Of a stretch of DNA of 43,022 nucleotides, positions 15,029 to 23,466 are shown piece by piece. The DNA is from a virus. The notes beneath the pieces were generated by a model, which saw only the letters and a program-made list of their open reading frames with translations, did no database searches and was not told where the DNA came from. The position numbers and the translations under genes are program-made. The stretch covers positions 1-43,022 of IMG/VR virus record IMGVR_UViG_2518645623_000001; one strand, given 5' to 3'. Every line of letters starts with the position of its first letter. Position 1 is the stretch's first letter.

Positions 15029-17674
15029 TCAGGCGACGACGTTGCGGTAGAACCCGCGGTGGTCCAGGACCGTGCCGCCGTAGATGTGCCGCAGCTTGTA
15101 GGTGATCTTGTCGGCGTCGAACATGGAGCCGATCGACGGGTCGGACTGCGTCCACAGCTCCGGGTCCTGGCGGCCGCCGTAGAACCCGATCTCGATCGTC
15201 GGGACGCGCGAGGGGTCGGCGATGGTGAACCAGTCGTTGGGGTCGGTCCAGTAGTCGATCACGACCGGGGGGTTCATCCGGTTGTGGATGTTCGGCAGGT
15301 CCGACGACGAGCCGCTGCCGGGGATCGCGACCGCCGACGTCGCGATCTGCCACGCCAGGTCCTCCAGACCGGCGGGCACGACGAGCGTCTGCGGGACGAT
15401 CGACAGGATGTCGACGGCGTCTCCGTAGCTGGCCTGGCGGCGCATCGCCGCGCGGACGGTGCTCAGCGCGGAGTGCGACAGCGCGCTGCTACCGGTGTTG
15501 TTGTGGTTGGCGTGGAACAGCGCCGTGGCGTCGTAGGAGGTGGCGGCGTTGAAGACCAGGAAGTCCCACACGAACCTGTAGAGGGTCAGGGACGCCGACA
15601 GGCCGAGCTTGGCCGGGATGCGGGAGATCGCGCGGATGTCGTCGTTCGCGATCATCTCGAACGTAATGCTCTCGGTGCCGCCCTTCTTCCCGAGCTGGTA
15701 GTTGGCTTCCTCGTTGGGCGGCGAGGTCAGCGGCTGGTACGGCGCGCCCTCGGGCACGCTCGGCAGCAGCCCGTACCCGCCGATCCGGTCGATGCGCTGC
15801 GTCCGGAAGTCGTTCACCGGCACGATCGAGCTGACGATCTGGCGCCAGGTGCCCAGGTCCGGGCGCGCGTACTCGGCGACCATGCGGCGCGTAATGGAGT
15901 CGCCCAGGACCAGGTTCCACGTCGCCGTGTCCATCGCCTCGCGCAGCCGGACGGCGTCGCCGTCGCGGACCAGGCGGTCGCCGGAGTCGTAGGACCCGAC
16001 GGACTCGCGCATGATCCGCTTGGCGATGTCCTCGTCCCAGGCGCCGGGCCGGTGCCCGGTGAAGTCCGACCATGCCTGCCGGAAGCTGCGGTAGCCCTCG
16101 ACGAAGTTGCCGGCGAAGAACGAGTCGAGCGCGGCGATCTTCTTGTCCCGCGCCTCCTGGGTGACCTGGACGTTGCCGGTCGTCGGCGCGAGACCGGCCC
16201 GCTCGATCGTGCCGAGCGTCGCCTTCAGGGCCGCGATGCTGCGGTCCACGTCGGCCTCGGTGATGCGGTCGGGCAGGGCCTCGGTCAGCGACTCGGTGAC
16301 GGCCTCGGGCAGGCCCGCGTCGGACACCTTCGCGCGGATCATCGCGGCGGCGAGCCAGCCCGTCTTGGGCGTGGACTCGGTCGCCCGCTCGCCCTGCTGA
16401 CCGCCCTGCTCGTTCTCGGTCGCGGGCGTCGGCGCCGGGGCGGGCGGCGTGGTCGGCGGGTCGGCCTCGGGCGCGCGGACGAGGCCCACGGACGCGAGGT
16501 CGTCGGCGGTGGCCTCGCGCAGCGCGGCGAGGACGTCCTTCGGGGTCGGGGGCACGTCGTCCTCCTGGGTGTCGTCGGGCTGCGTGCCCGTGGTGGTGGG
16601 GTCGTCGGTTCCGCCGGCGACCATGCGGGTCGCCTGCCCGCCGGCGGCGGGGTCGGCGACCAGGTCCGCTGAGTGGACGCGGGCGATGGCGGTGGCCTCC
16701 TGGACGCGGCGGCCGCCGGACATGACGGGCCGGTAGTGCGCCATGACGTCGTGGGAGACGCCCAGCAGCGGCGGGAGGCCGCGTTCCTGCGCGGCCAGGG
16801 TGGCGTCCAGCGCCTCGGCCGCATGCACCGCCGAGGGCAGCAGGTGCAGGTCGCCGTACAGGCCGTCCGCTTCCGCCTCCACGTCGCGGTAGTAGCCGAC
16901 CAGGCCCGCGATCGTGGAGGACTGCATCTCCTCGGCGGTGCGGTGGTGGTCGTACGCGCGGGCGCCCTCGTACATCGGGGCGGCTTCGCTCATCACCGAC
17001 TCGGTGTAGCGGCGACCGTTCCTCGAAGTGCCGTAGGCCAGGATGCGGACCCTGAACACCCTGCCGCCGTCGGGGTCGTCGTCCAGCGCCTCGACCACGC
17101 GGCCGAAGTGCCTCACCCGCTCGCTCTCGGTTGCGGCCTGGCCGCCGTCGCCGTCGCCGTCGTCGGCCGAGGCAGGTGCGGGGGCGTAGGACCGGACGAC
17201 CTGGCGGGGCGTGCCCAGGGTGACCTCGCCGGTCTCGGTGATCGAGTACGAGCACTCGTTCAGCGTCGGCAGGCCGGTGCGGTCCTGTCCGTCGACGTGT
17301 GGGGCGTACACGACGTCGGACGCGGTGAGGTCGACCAGCCCGACCCAGGCGTAGCGGCCCTGGTGCTCTGCGGCGAGACGCTGCCGCAGCGCGCTCTGGA
17401 CGGCGTCGCCGATGTCGCTGAACGACATTCGGCCGTTGACGAGGGCCTCGACGGCGGCGACGGTCTCAGCCGTCGACGCCGGCGCCGACGGGGCCGCAGC
17501 CTCGGTCGCCCGGATGGGCGCGTCCGGGACGAAGCGGTGGCCGCAGTTCGGGCACGTCACCTCCTGCCGACCCTGCCCCTGTGAGGCGTTGAACGCTTCG
17601 GTCGCGGCGGCCTGCGCGCACTCCTGGCAGAGGGCGGGGCCGCCGCACCGGGTGGCATCGTGCCCGATGGTCAT
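15029..17674 (-). CDS. Fusion protein: N-terminal zinc ribbon, then a prohead protease/scaffold-like region, then an HK97-fold major capsid protein
   Basis: 881 aa with ATG at 17674. N-terminus carries CGGPALCQEC...CPNCGH. The middle section RVRILAYGTSRNGRRYTESVMSEAAPMYEGARAYDHH...LLGVSHDV resembles prohead protease/scaffold proteins. An Ala/Pro/Thr/Glu linker follows. The C-terminal ~330 aa (ATWNLVLGDSITRRMVAEYA...KITYKLRHIYGGTVLDHRGFYRNVV) look like a major capsid protein. Confidence 0.85.
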   Translation of the reverse strand: MTIGHDATRCGGPALCQECAQAAATEAFNASQGQGRQEVTCPNCGHRFVPDAPIRATEAAAPSAPASTAETVAAVEALVNGRMSFSDIGDAVQSALRQRLAAEHQGRYAWVGLVDLTASDVVYAPHVDGQDRTGLPTLNECSYSITETGEVTLGTPRQVVRSYAPAPASADDGDGDGGQAATESERVRHFGRVVEALDDDPDGGRVFRVRILAYGTSRNGRRYTESVMSEAAPMYEGARAYDHHRTAEEMQSSTIAGLVGYYRDVEAEADGLYGDLHLLPSAVHAAEALDATLAAQERGLPPLLGVSHDVMAHYRPVMSGGRRVQEATAIARVHSADLVADPAAGGQATRMVAGGTDDPTTTGTQPDDTQEDDVPPTPKDVLAALREATADDLASVGLVRAPEADPPTTPPAPAPTPATENEQGGQQGERATESTPKTGWLAAAMIRAKVSDAGLPEAVTESLTEALPDRITEADVDRSIAALKATLGTIERAGLAPTTGNVQVTQEARDKKIAALDSFFAGNFVEGYRSFRQAWSDFTGHRPGAWDEDIAKRIMRESVGSYDSGDRLVRDGDAVRLREAMDTATWNLVLGDSITRRMVAEYARPDLGTWRQIVSSIVPVNDFRTQRIDRIGGYGLLPSVPEGAPYQPLTSPPNEEANYQLGKKGGTESITFEMIANDDIRAISRIPAKLGLSASLTLYRFVWDFLVFNAATSYDATALFHANHNNTGSSALSHSALSTVRAAMRRQASYGDAVDILSIVPQTLVVPAGLEDLAWQIATSAVAIPGSGSSSDLPNIHNRMNPPVVIDYWTDPNDWFTIADPSRVPTIEIGFYGGRQDPELWTQSDPSIGSMFDADKITYKLRHIYGGTVLDHRGFYRNVVA

Positions 17675-17679
17675 CGTGA

Positions 17680-18168
17680 TCAGTCCCTGATGATCTGCTG
17701 CAGCTGGGTGATCAGGGACTTGCGGGGGGTGGGCCGCTGCTGCTCGGCGACCAGGGCGGTCTCGGCGCGGCCGCGGTCCTCACCGACCCAGGTGAGGACC
17801 TGCTCGACCGGCCCGTCCGGCGGCAGACCGGCGGGGTCCTCGGGGTCCTGCGGGATCGGGCTGGGCGGCTGCGCCGGTGCCCCCGGGTCCACCACCGGCG
17901 GCGGCGTCGGTTCGCCGCCCGGCACCGGGCCCGGCTTCGGGTTCGGCGTCGGGTCGCTCGGCTGGTAGGGGACGCCGGTCTGTGTGCGCGCCGCGCGGAC
18001 GAGGCCGCCCGGCTCGTAGGGGTGGACCCTGCCGTCGGCCGTGACGTAGGTGTGCTGGCCGTCGTGGGTGGTGACCAGCCACCCGTGGTCGTGATCCTCG
18101 GCCGCCAGGATCTCGGACGGCTTCATGCCCATGACCCGGGCGATGTCGGCCCGCATGTCGTCGTTCAT
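17680..18168 (-). CDS. Hypothetical Pro-rich protein between the portal and capsid genes
   Basis: Last 162 codons of ORF 17680..19227 (MNDDMRADIARVMGMKPSEILAAEDHDHGWLVTTHDG...). ATG at 18168 is in an ATGA overlap with the portal stop. Confidence 0.65.
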   Translation of the reverse strand: MNDDMRADIARVMGMKPSEILAAEDHDHGWLVTTHDGQHTYVTADGRVHPYEPGGLVRAARTQTGVPYQPSDPTPNPKPGPVPGGEPTPPPVVDPGAPAQPPSPIPQDPEDPAGLPPDGPVEQVLTWVGEDRGRAETALVAEQQRPTPRKSLITQLQQIIRD

Positions 18169-19838
18169 CACGTGCTCACCTTCGATCGTCGGTGGCCTTC
18201 GGTGGGCCACTTGCCGTGGACGTCGTGGTACCAGGTGGCCGCCGTGCGGCGGGCCAGGTCGTCGTCGCCGTGCATGTGCTTGAGCAGGTGCTTGTACAGC
18301 TCCGTCCAGGGGTGCGGTTTGCCCACCCACTTGGCGCGGCCCTTGCCCTTGGTCCAGTAGTGGTGCAGCCGCTCGGCGCCCGCGTCGCGGCCGCCGCGGC
18401 GTCGCGCTTCGGCGGCCTCCTCGATGGCGGTCGCCAGTTCGTCGCGGTCGTCGGCGTCTCCGTCCGGGACGTCCAGCTCCGCGGTGTACGGCACGCCCAC
18501 GTAGCTCTCCCACGCCTTGCGGGCGGCGACGCGGGCGGCCTCGCGGGACAGGACGCCCACCTCCACGAGCTTCTCCAAGCCCGTGGACAAATTGAGTAGC
18601 ACCTGGGCGTTGAGCTGCGCGTCGGCGGCGGCGATCTCCGGGCCGGTCACCGTGATGGCCTGCGCCGCCGGGACCTGCCACTCGGCGCCGGTGCGCGGGT
18701 CGGTCGCCGTCACCGTGCGCGGCAGCCGCCGCGCCGCCACCGCCTGGTCGACCGCGAACCGGACGAACTCGGTCTGCCGGGCGAGCCACATGCGCTGCAC
18801 GCCGCCGACGCGGCGCCGCACCGGCTCGGCCATCGTCACGCTGGTCGCGCGGTTGCTGTCCTCGGGGTCGGCTAGCCAAGTCTTGGCGAGCCCGCTGCCG
18901 GCGGCGACCTGGGTGAGGATCTGCCGCGCGGCCGCGCTGTCCTCGTAGGCGCCGGTCTGCACGTGCCGCGGCTCCCACGTCACCGCCGAGTTGTGCACCT
19001 CGACCGATCCGGAGCGGGGGACGTGCAGCCCACCGCGCGCCGACACGAAGGCATCCACGGCGTCCTGATCGCCGTCCACGGTCACGTCCCAGACCAGGTA
19101 GCGGGCGAGCGCAGTCCGGTCGATCAAGTTCGACAGGATGGTGTCGAAGCTGTCGAGTTGGTCCAACACCGACAGCAAGAAGGGGGCACCCCTGACATCG
19201 GTGTCCAGGGCCTGGAAGGACGGCCAAAACATGGCGTCGCCGGTGCGCAGGCCGGTCACGTCGGACACCTGCGCGACGGTCAGGTCATCACGATCGCTCT
19301 GCGCGAACCGCACCCGGGCGGGCCACAGCGGGTTCCCGCGGTCCAGGTCGATGCCGAGGATGCGGCCCGGGTCCAGCGGCGCGTACCGCACGACTCCGCT
19401 GACCTTGCCGGTCATGAGCTCGTACAGGCTTTCGCCCATGATCAGGTGGGAGCGGAACAGCAGCTCCTGCCGGGCCGCCAGATCGTTGCGCGGGTCGGCC
19501 CAGAACTCATCCGCCACCGCCGCGACGTCCGGGTTCGCGGCCTGCACGGTGAGCCCGGAGTCGCCGACACAGAACGAGGTGTAGGTGTCCACGATGGCGG
19601 TCGCCATGGGGTTCGACCGGTAGGCCGCCGTCGAGTAGATCCGGGCCTTCTCCAGCGTCCACTCGGGCACCTGGCGGCCGGTGCTGCCCGCCGGGCGCCA
19701 GCCGCGGTCGCTGTCGATCGGGTCGGTGCCCCACGCGCCTCCGGCGGCGCCGGTGGCCACGACGGTGTCCAGCGTCCCCTCGACCGCCCGCACGGGAGCG
19801 GGCGCGGGACGGCGGGCGGGCGCGAACCAGCTACGCAC
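18168..19838 (-). CDS. Portal protein
   Basis: 556 aa with GTG at 19838. Located after TerL. The segment AYRSNPMATAIVDTYTSFCVGDSG is portal-like. The C-terminal HHYWTKGKGRAKW...WYHDVHGKWP motif is seen in actinophage head-assembly proteins. Confidence 0.85.
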   Translation of the reverse strand: MRSWFAPARRPAPAPVRAVEGTLDTVVATGAAGGAWGTDPIDSDRGWRPAGSTGRQVPEWTLEKARIYSTAAYRSNPMATAIVDTYTSFCVGDSGLTVQAANPDVAAVADEFWADPRNDLAARQELLFRSHLIMGESLYELMTGKVSGVVRYAPLDPGRILGIDLDRGNPLWPARVRFAQSDRDDLTVAQVSDVTGLRTGDAMFWPSFQALDTDVRGAPFLLSVLDQLDSFDTILSNLIDRTALARYLVWDVTVDGDQDAVDAFVSARGGLHVPRSGSVEVHNSAVTWEPRHVQTGAYEDSAAARQILTQVAAGSGLAKTWLADPEDSNRATSVTMAEPVRRRVGGVQRMWLARQTEFVRFAVDQAVAARRLPRTVTATDPRTGAEWQVPAAQAITVTGPEIAAADAQLNAQVLLNLSTGLEKLVEVGVLSREAARVAARKAWESYVGVPYTAELDVPDGDADDRDELATAIEEAAEARRRGGRDAGAERLHHYWTKGKGRAKWVGKPHPWTELYKHLLKHMHGDDDLARRTAATWYHDVHGKWPTEGHRRSKVST

Positions 19839-19839
19839 G

Positions 19840-20178
19840 TCAGCGGGCGCCGTTCAGCCGCGCCAGCGCCGCCGCCCGCTCGGCCGCGTCGAACTCCTCA
19901 GCCAGCGGCCGCGACTGCTCGGGCTCGCGGGCGGGCGGAGCGGCGGCCGCAGGCGACGTCGGGGGCGTCGTCGCGGCGGCCGCCGCAGTCGGGGGCTCGG
20001 CACCGATCTGGGCGAGGGCGGCCAACGCGACGGCGGCCAGGCCGCCCGCGAGCAACGACCACCACCAGGTGCCGGTCAGCCCGCCCACCGCCGCCACCAC
20101 GGCGGCGACACCGGCCAGGCCGACCAGGTTGGACAGCGCCCCGGGCGGAACGCTCGGCACGTGCACGGTGATCTTCAC
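19840..20178 (-). CDS. Small membrane protein (two TM helices) inserted between TerL and portal
   Basis: GTG at 20178 lies 5 nt after GAGGAGA. Reads VKITVHVPSVPPGALSNLVGLAGVAAVVAAVGGLTGTWWWSLLAGGLAAVALAALAQIG, then an Ala/Pro-rich tail. Confidence 0.6.
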   Translation of the reverse strand: MKITVHVPSVPPGALSNLVGLAGVAAVVAAVGGLTGTWWWSLLAGGLAAVALAALAQIGAEPPTAAAAATTPPTSPAAAAPPAREPEQSRPLAEEFDAAERAAALARLNGAR

Positions 20179-20195
20179 GTGGGTCTCCTCACAGG

Positions 20196-21824
20196 TCACA
20201 GGACCAGTCGCTGCACGGGCCGGAACATGTCGGCGGCTCGGTCGCCCTGCTGGGTGCCGGGCTGGCGTGCGGTCGCCGGGGGCGGCTTGGTCTCGCGGGG
20301 GCGGGTCTCGTATCCCCACCGGGCGAGGGTCGCGGCGACCAGCGGGGAGATGACCGCGCTGTTCTTCCGCGACCAGCGCCACGCGCCGTCGCCGACGGGG
20401 CCCTTCACCGCGCCCTTCACCGCGTCGTTCAGCACCTGCTGGTCCAGGTGTGCCAGGACCACGACGCCGTCGCTGTCCGGGGTGACGTCGTCGGCGAACG
20501 CCCCGGCGGCCTGCGCCTCATCCGCGCTGGACGGCTTGGTGACCTCGACGCCCAGGGCCTCGATCGCCGGAATGAGCGACCACGCCGGCGAACTCTTGCC
20601 GATCACGACCGGCACCGGCACGCGGCCCTCGTACCCGTAGATGTCCACCCTGGTCTGCAGCCACGCCGGTACCCACGCCGTCCCGCGCCGGTGCTCGGTG
20701 ACCTCCACGACCAGGCGGCCGTCGACCTCGCCCGCCACCGCGATCGAGGTGTGCGACCGCTCCGGAGTGGTGTCCACCCCGATCGCGATCGGCTGCATCG
20801 CACGCTTGCTGGGCGGCTGGATGGCCAGCGCCGACCACGACGCCTCACCGATCACCGACCAGTCCGGCGCCAGCGACGGCACTCGTTGGCACAGACACTC
20901 GGTGCGGAACACCGCGTCCGGGTCAGTGCTCAGCGCGGATGCCAGCGCCTGCTCGGTGATCGTGTAGCCCAGCGACGGGTTCGCCATCGCCCACAACCGC
21001 CGGTCGGCCAGCTGGCACTCATCGGTGTGCGCATCGTCGGGCCGCCCGCACGTGCACGCTACGTCGTCCGGCACCGACCACTCGAAGTGTCCCAGCGTCG
21101 GGTCGGCCGCCGCCGGGTGCTTGGCCGCCGCGCGGCCCTTCTTCTGCAGCTCGTTCAGCACCACGCTGCGGTCGTCGCCGGCGTTGCTGAACGCGAAGAT
21201 CTGCGCCCGCGGCCGCGCCATGGTCGTCTTGGTGACCGCGCCCCAGGCCGCATAGGTGTGATGCTGGCGCAGTTCGTCCAGGTTCACATCATCGACGGCC
21301 AGGCCGCGGCCCGCACCACCGGTCGGTGCGGCCACTTTCCACCGCGCCCCGTTGGTCAGCTTGAGGGTCTTCTTGCCGTTGGTCTTGTCGACGCGCGCGA
21401 TCTCGGCCGCCAGCTCCGGGGTGGCCTCACACATCTCCACCGCGTGCTCCCACGACTCCTCACTGGTCGTGAGGTCCTGCGCGGTACCGAGCACCAGGCC
21501 CACCTGCAGCACCGACATCTTCCACAGGTTCTTGAGCTCGATGATCGTGGTCTTGCCGTTCTGCCGCGCCACCATGATCAACACCGTGCGGAACCGGAAC
21601 TTGCCGCCGGGCGCCAGCTCCAGCGCGTGGATCAGCAGCCAGCGCTGCCACGGCAGCGGCGGCACACCTACCGGGTTCTCGGCGAAGTCGATCGCCGAGA
21701 ACCCCAGCGACGTCGCCGGCGTCAACGCGCACCCGCACCCGCACGGCCCCGACGGTCCGGTGGCCAGCGGCGGCGTCCAGAGCCTAGGCGTCGTGCTGCC
21801 CAGCAGCCGCGCGGAGCTGCGCAA
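20196..21824 (-). CDS. terL: Terminase large subunit
   Basis: 542 aa. Contains LPWQRWLLIHALE and the Walker A-like VARQNGKTT, plus a nuclease-half pattern in the C-terminal part. Overlaps the TerS 3' end. Confidence 0.93.
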   Translation of the reverse strand: MRSSARLLGSTTPRLWTPPLATGPSGPCGCGCALTPATSLGFSAIDFAENPVGVPPLPWQRWLLIHALELAPGGKFRFRTVLIMVARQNGKTTIIELKNLWKMSVLQVGLVLGTAQDLTTSEESWEHAVEMCEATPELAAEIARVDKTNGKKTLKLTNGARWKVAAPTGGAGRGLAVDDVNLDELRQHHTYAAWGAVTKTTMARPRAQIFAFSNAGDDRSVVLNELQKKGRAAAKHPAAADPTLGHFEWSVPDDVACTCGRPDDAHTDECQLADRRLWAMANPSLGYTITEQALASALSTDPDAVFRTECLCQRVPSLAPDWSVIGEASWSALAIQPPSKRAMQPIAIGVDTTPERSHTSIAVAGEVDGRLVVEVTEHRRGTAWVPAWLQTRVDIYGYEGRVPVPVVIGKSSPAWSLIPAIEALGVEVTKPSSADEAQAAGAFADDVTPDSDGVVVLAHLDQQVLNDAVKGAVKGPVGDGAWRWSRKNSAVISPLVAATLARWGYETRPRETKPPPATARQPGTQQGDRAADMFRPVQRLVL

Positions 21825-22194
21825 GCCGACCCTCCGCCTTCTTCTCGGGCTGGATCTTGCGCCGAGCGCCCGGGGTACCGCCCAGGTCGCGCAGCGTCAG
21901 CTGCAACTGCGGGCCGAGCCACCCCACCAGCTTGGCCACCTCGCACTCGGCCTCCAGCGCCTTGAGCCGCTGCATCGCGTGCTGCTCACCGGCGAACTCG
22001 CGGCGCAGCGCGGCAAGCTCGGCGGCACGGTCGGCCGCGCGCTCGATCTCGGTGGCCTGCCGCAGCGCCAGCGCGGCCACCGCGCGGTCCGACGGGCGCA
22101 GCCACGGCATCTCCTCGAGGGCCTCGGCGACGGCGTCGCGCAGGTCGGGCGGCCGCGGCTCGGGCTCGGGCGCGGGCGTGAGACGTCGGCCCAC
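21784..22194 (-). CDS. terS: Terminase small subunit (P27-like)
   Basis: 136 aa with GTG at 22194. Lies directly upstream of TerL and downstream of HNH. Helical, with the LGGTPGARRKI motif typical of small terminases. Confidence 0.7.
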   Translation of the reverse strand: MGRRLTPAPEPEPRPPDLRDAVAEALEEMPWLRPSDRAVAALALRQATEIERAADRAAELAALRREFAGEQHAMQRLKALEAECEVAKLVGWLGPQLQLTLRDLGGTPGARRKIQPEKKAEGRLAQLRAAAGQHDA

Positions 22195-22414
22195 CGGCGA
22201 TCACCACCCTGCGTGACGCTCGGACCCCCACCCCCTACGCGGGGGGAGAGAGATTGATTGGTGGCGGGGTCCCTGACCCCGACCAGCAACGGAACATCAC
22301 CCCCGGGGGTGCCGCGCCACGTCGTAGCAGGTCAGAGCGCCGGACGGTGAATCCGAGCGCCGCGTGGCGAGCGCGGGGAGCACGGGAGCGTGAGCCGGTG
22401 GCGGTGACGGACTG
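22195..22414. other. Non-coding region between HNH and terS, a candidate cos/packaging site
   Basis: About 220 nt with no convincing coding frame. GC palindromes are CCCCCtacgcGGGGG (22231..22245), GGGGTCcctGACCCC (22266..22280) and CACCCCCGGGGGTG (22298..22311). Confidence 0.35.
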
Positions 22415-22693
22415 TCACCAGCGGCCCGAGCCGCCGGGCTCGGCCGCCGCCGCTGCCTCGGCGGCCTGGCGGGCGCGCTTGCGGCCACCGGCACGGCGGT
22501 TGCAGCTGCGGTGCGCGAAGCCGTTGTAGGCGCCGCGATCGTCGGTGTGGTCCAGGTCGAGCTCTTCGCCTTCGACCAGGACCTCACCGCATCGGGTGCA
22601 GGGCTGGCCGTACGCCTGGGGCAGCAGCTGCTCGCGGAGCTGGCGGTGAGCGTGGCCATAGCCGCGCGCGTGTGTCGAACCCGGCGTCGGCAT
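22415..22693 (-). CDS. HNH endonuclease
   Basis: 92 aa with CTRCG...LDLDH...FAHRSCNRRAG, an HNH/zinc arrangement. Adjacent to the terminase genes. Confidence 0.88.
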   Translation of the reverse strand: MPTPGSTHARGYGHAHRQLREQLLPQAYGQPCTRCGEVLVEGEELDLDHTDDRGAYNGFAHRSCNRRAGGRKRARQAAEAAAAAEPGGSGRW

Positions 22694-22713
22694 GGCACCT
22701 CCCGGACATGGGT

Positions 22714-22736
22714 GAGGCCCGCACGCGGCGGGCCTC
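22714..22736 (-). terminator. GC hairpin upstream of the late operon (early/late boundary)
   Basis: Stems GAGGCCCGC and GCGGGCCTC with a 5-nt loop. Lies between the stop at 22799 and the HNH start at 22693. No T-tract. Confidence 0.45.
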
Positions 22737-22798
22737 GGCTGCAGATCTCCCAGTGGATCAGAGAGTAGCGTTCGCGCAGGTCGACGTCGAGCGCGAGG

Positions 22799-23233
22799 TC
22801 ACTCGTCGTCTCTGGCTGCGTCGATTCTCCACGCTTCGTCGTACTCGCTGTGCGTGGCCCACGCTTCGCCCACGGCGCGCACGGTCTCGCACGCGCCGCC
22901 GACGCGCGTGAGGATGCCGTCGTCCACGTCACAGCGCGTGCAGTACCACTTGTCCAGGTAGGAGAGCTGCAGATCCCTCTCCGACAGCGGGAAGGGGTTG
23001 CGTTCCAGGTCCTGCCGGTGAGTGATGTGGGGGTGCAGCGTGAGCAGCCGCCGGGTGGCGCTTACGCTGCGTAGCACCTGCGCTGGGTCGTGGCGGGCGA
23101 TGTGGACGTCGGTGGGGTCGCCGTCGTCGGTCCAGTCGGTAACGCCGTGGTCGAAGTCGACCGCTGCTCGCGCTGCCGCTTCGTCCTCGTCCAGTCGGGC
23201 GAGGACGAACTCGATCAGGTCCATGCCGCTCAT
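22799..23233 (-). CDS. Hypothetical protein, resembling DUF6221-type actinophage proteins
   Basis: ATG at 23233 (MSGMDLIEFVLARLDEDEAAARAA...LLTLHPHITHRQDLERNPF...YCTRCDVDDG). The ORF track's upstream extension is an Arg-rich shadow. Confidence 0.7.
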   Translation of the reverse strand: MSGMDLIEFVLARLDEDEAAARAAVDFDHGVTDWTDDGDPTDVHIARHDPAQVLRSVSATRRLLTLHPHITHRQDLERNPFPLSERDLQLSYLDKWYCTRCDVDDGILTRVGGACETVRAVGEAWATHSEYDEAWRIDAARDDE

Positions 23234-23439
23234 CCTCTCTCGGAGTACTGCGCGCCGCAGCCGAGGCAGCGCCGTTGTGCGTGGCGCTGACCGAGGCCGG
23301 TGACGTCGACGGTGGCGATGTGACTGCAGGTGAGCCACTCGGCGGGCAGTTGCTGGTCGCAGTCGGGGCAGAGCGCGGCGACGACCGCCCCGCCGGACTC
23401 GACGGGGACGGCGCGGTGATGAGAGCACGCGACGGTCAT
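23230..23439 (-). CDS. Small Cys-rich (zinc-ribbon-like) protein
   Basis: MTVACSHH...CPDCDQ...CLGCGAQY. ATGA overlap with the downstream gene. Confidence 0.55.
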   Translation of the reverse strand: MTVACSHHRAVPVESGGAVVAALCPDCDQQLPAEWLTCSHIATVDVTGLGQRHAQRRCLGCGAQYSERG

Positions 23440-23466
23440 GCGTCCTCGGTCAGGCACATGCTGTCC

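Noticed and set aside
15059-17255. ORFs 15059..16672 (+) and 15489..17255 (-) overlapping the capsid fusion gene
   Set aside because: Same shadow-frame signature. The 15029..17674 frame carries the recognisable capsid and protease-like sequence.
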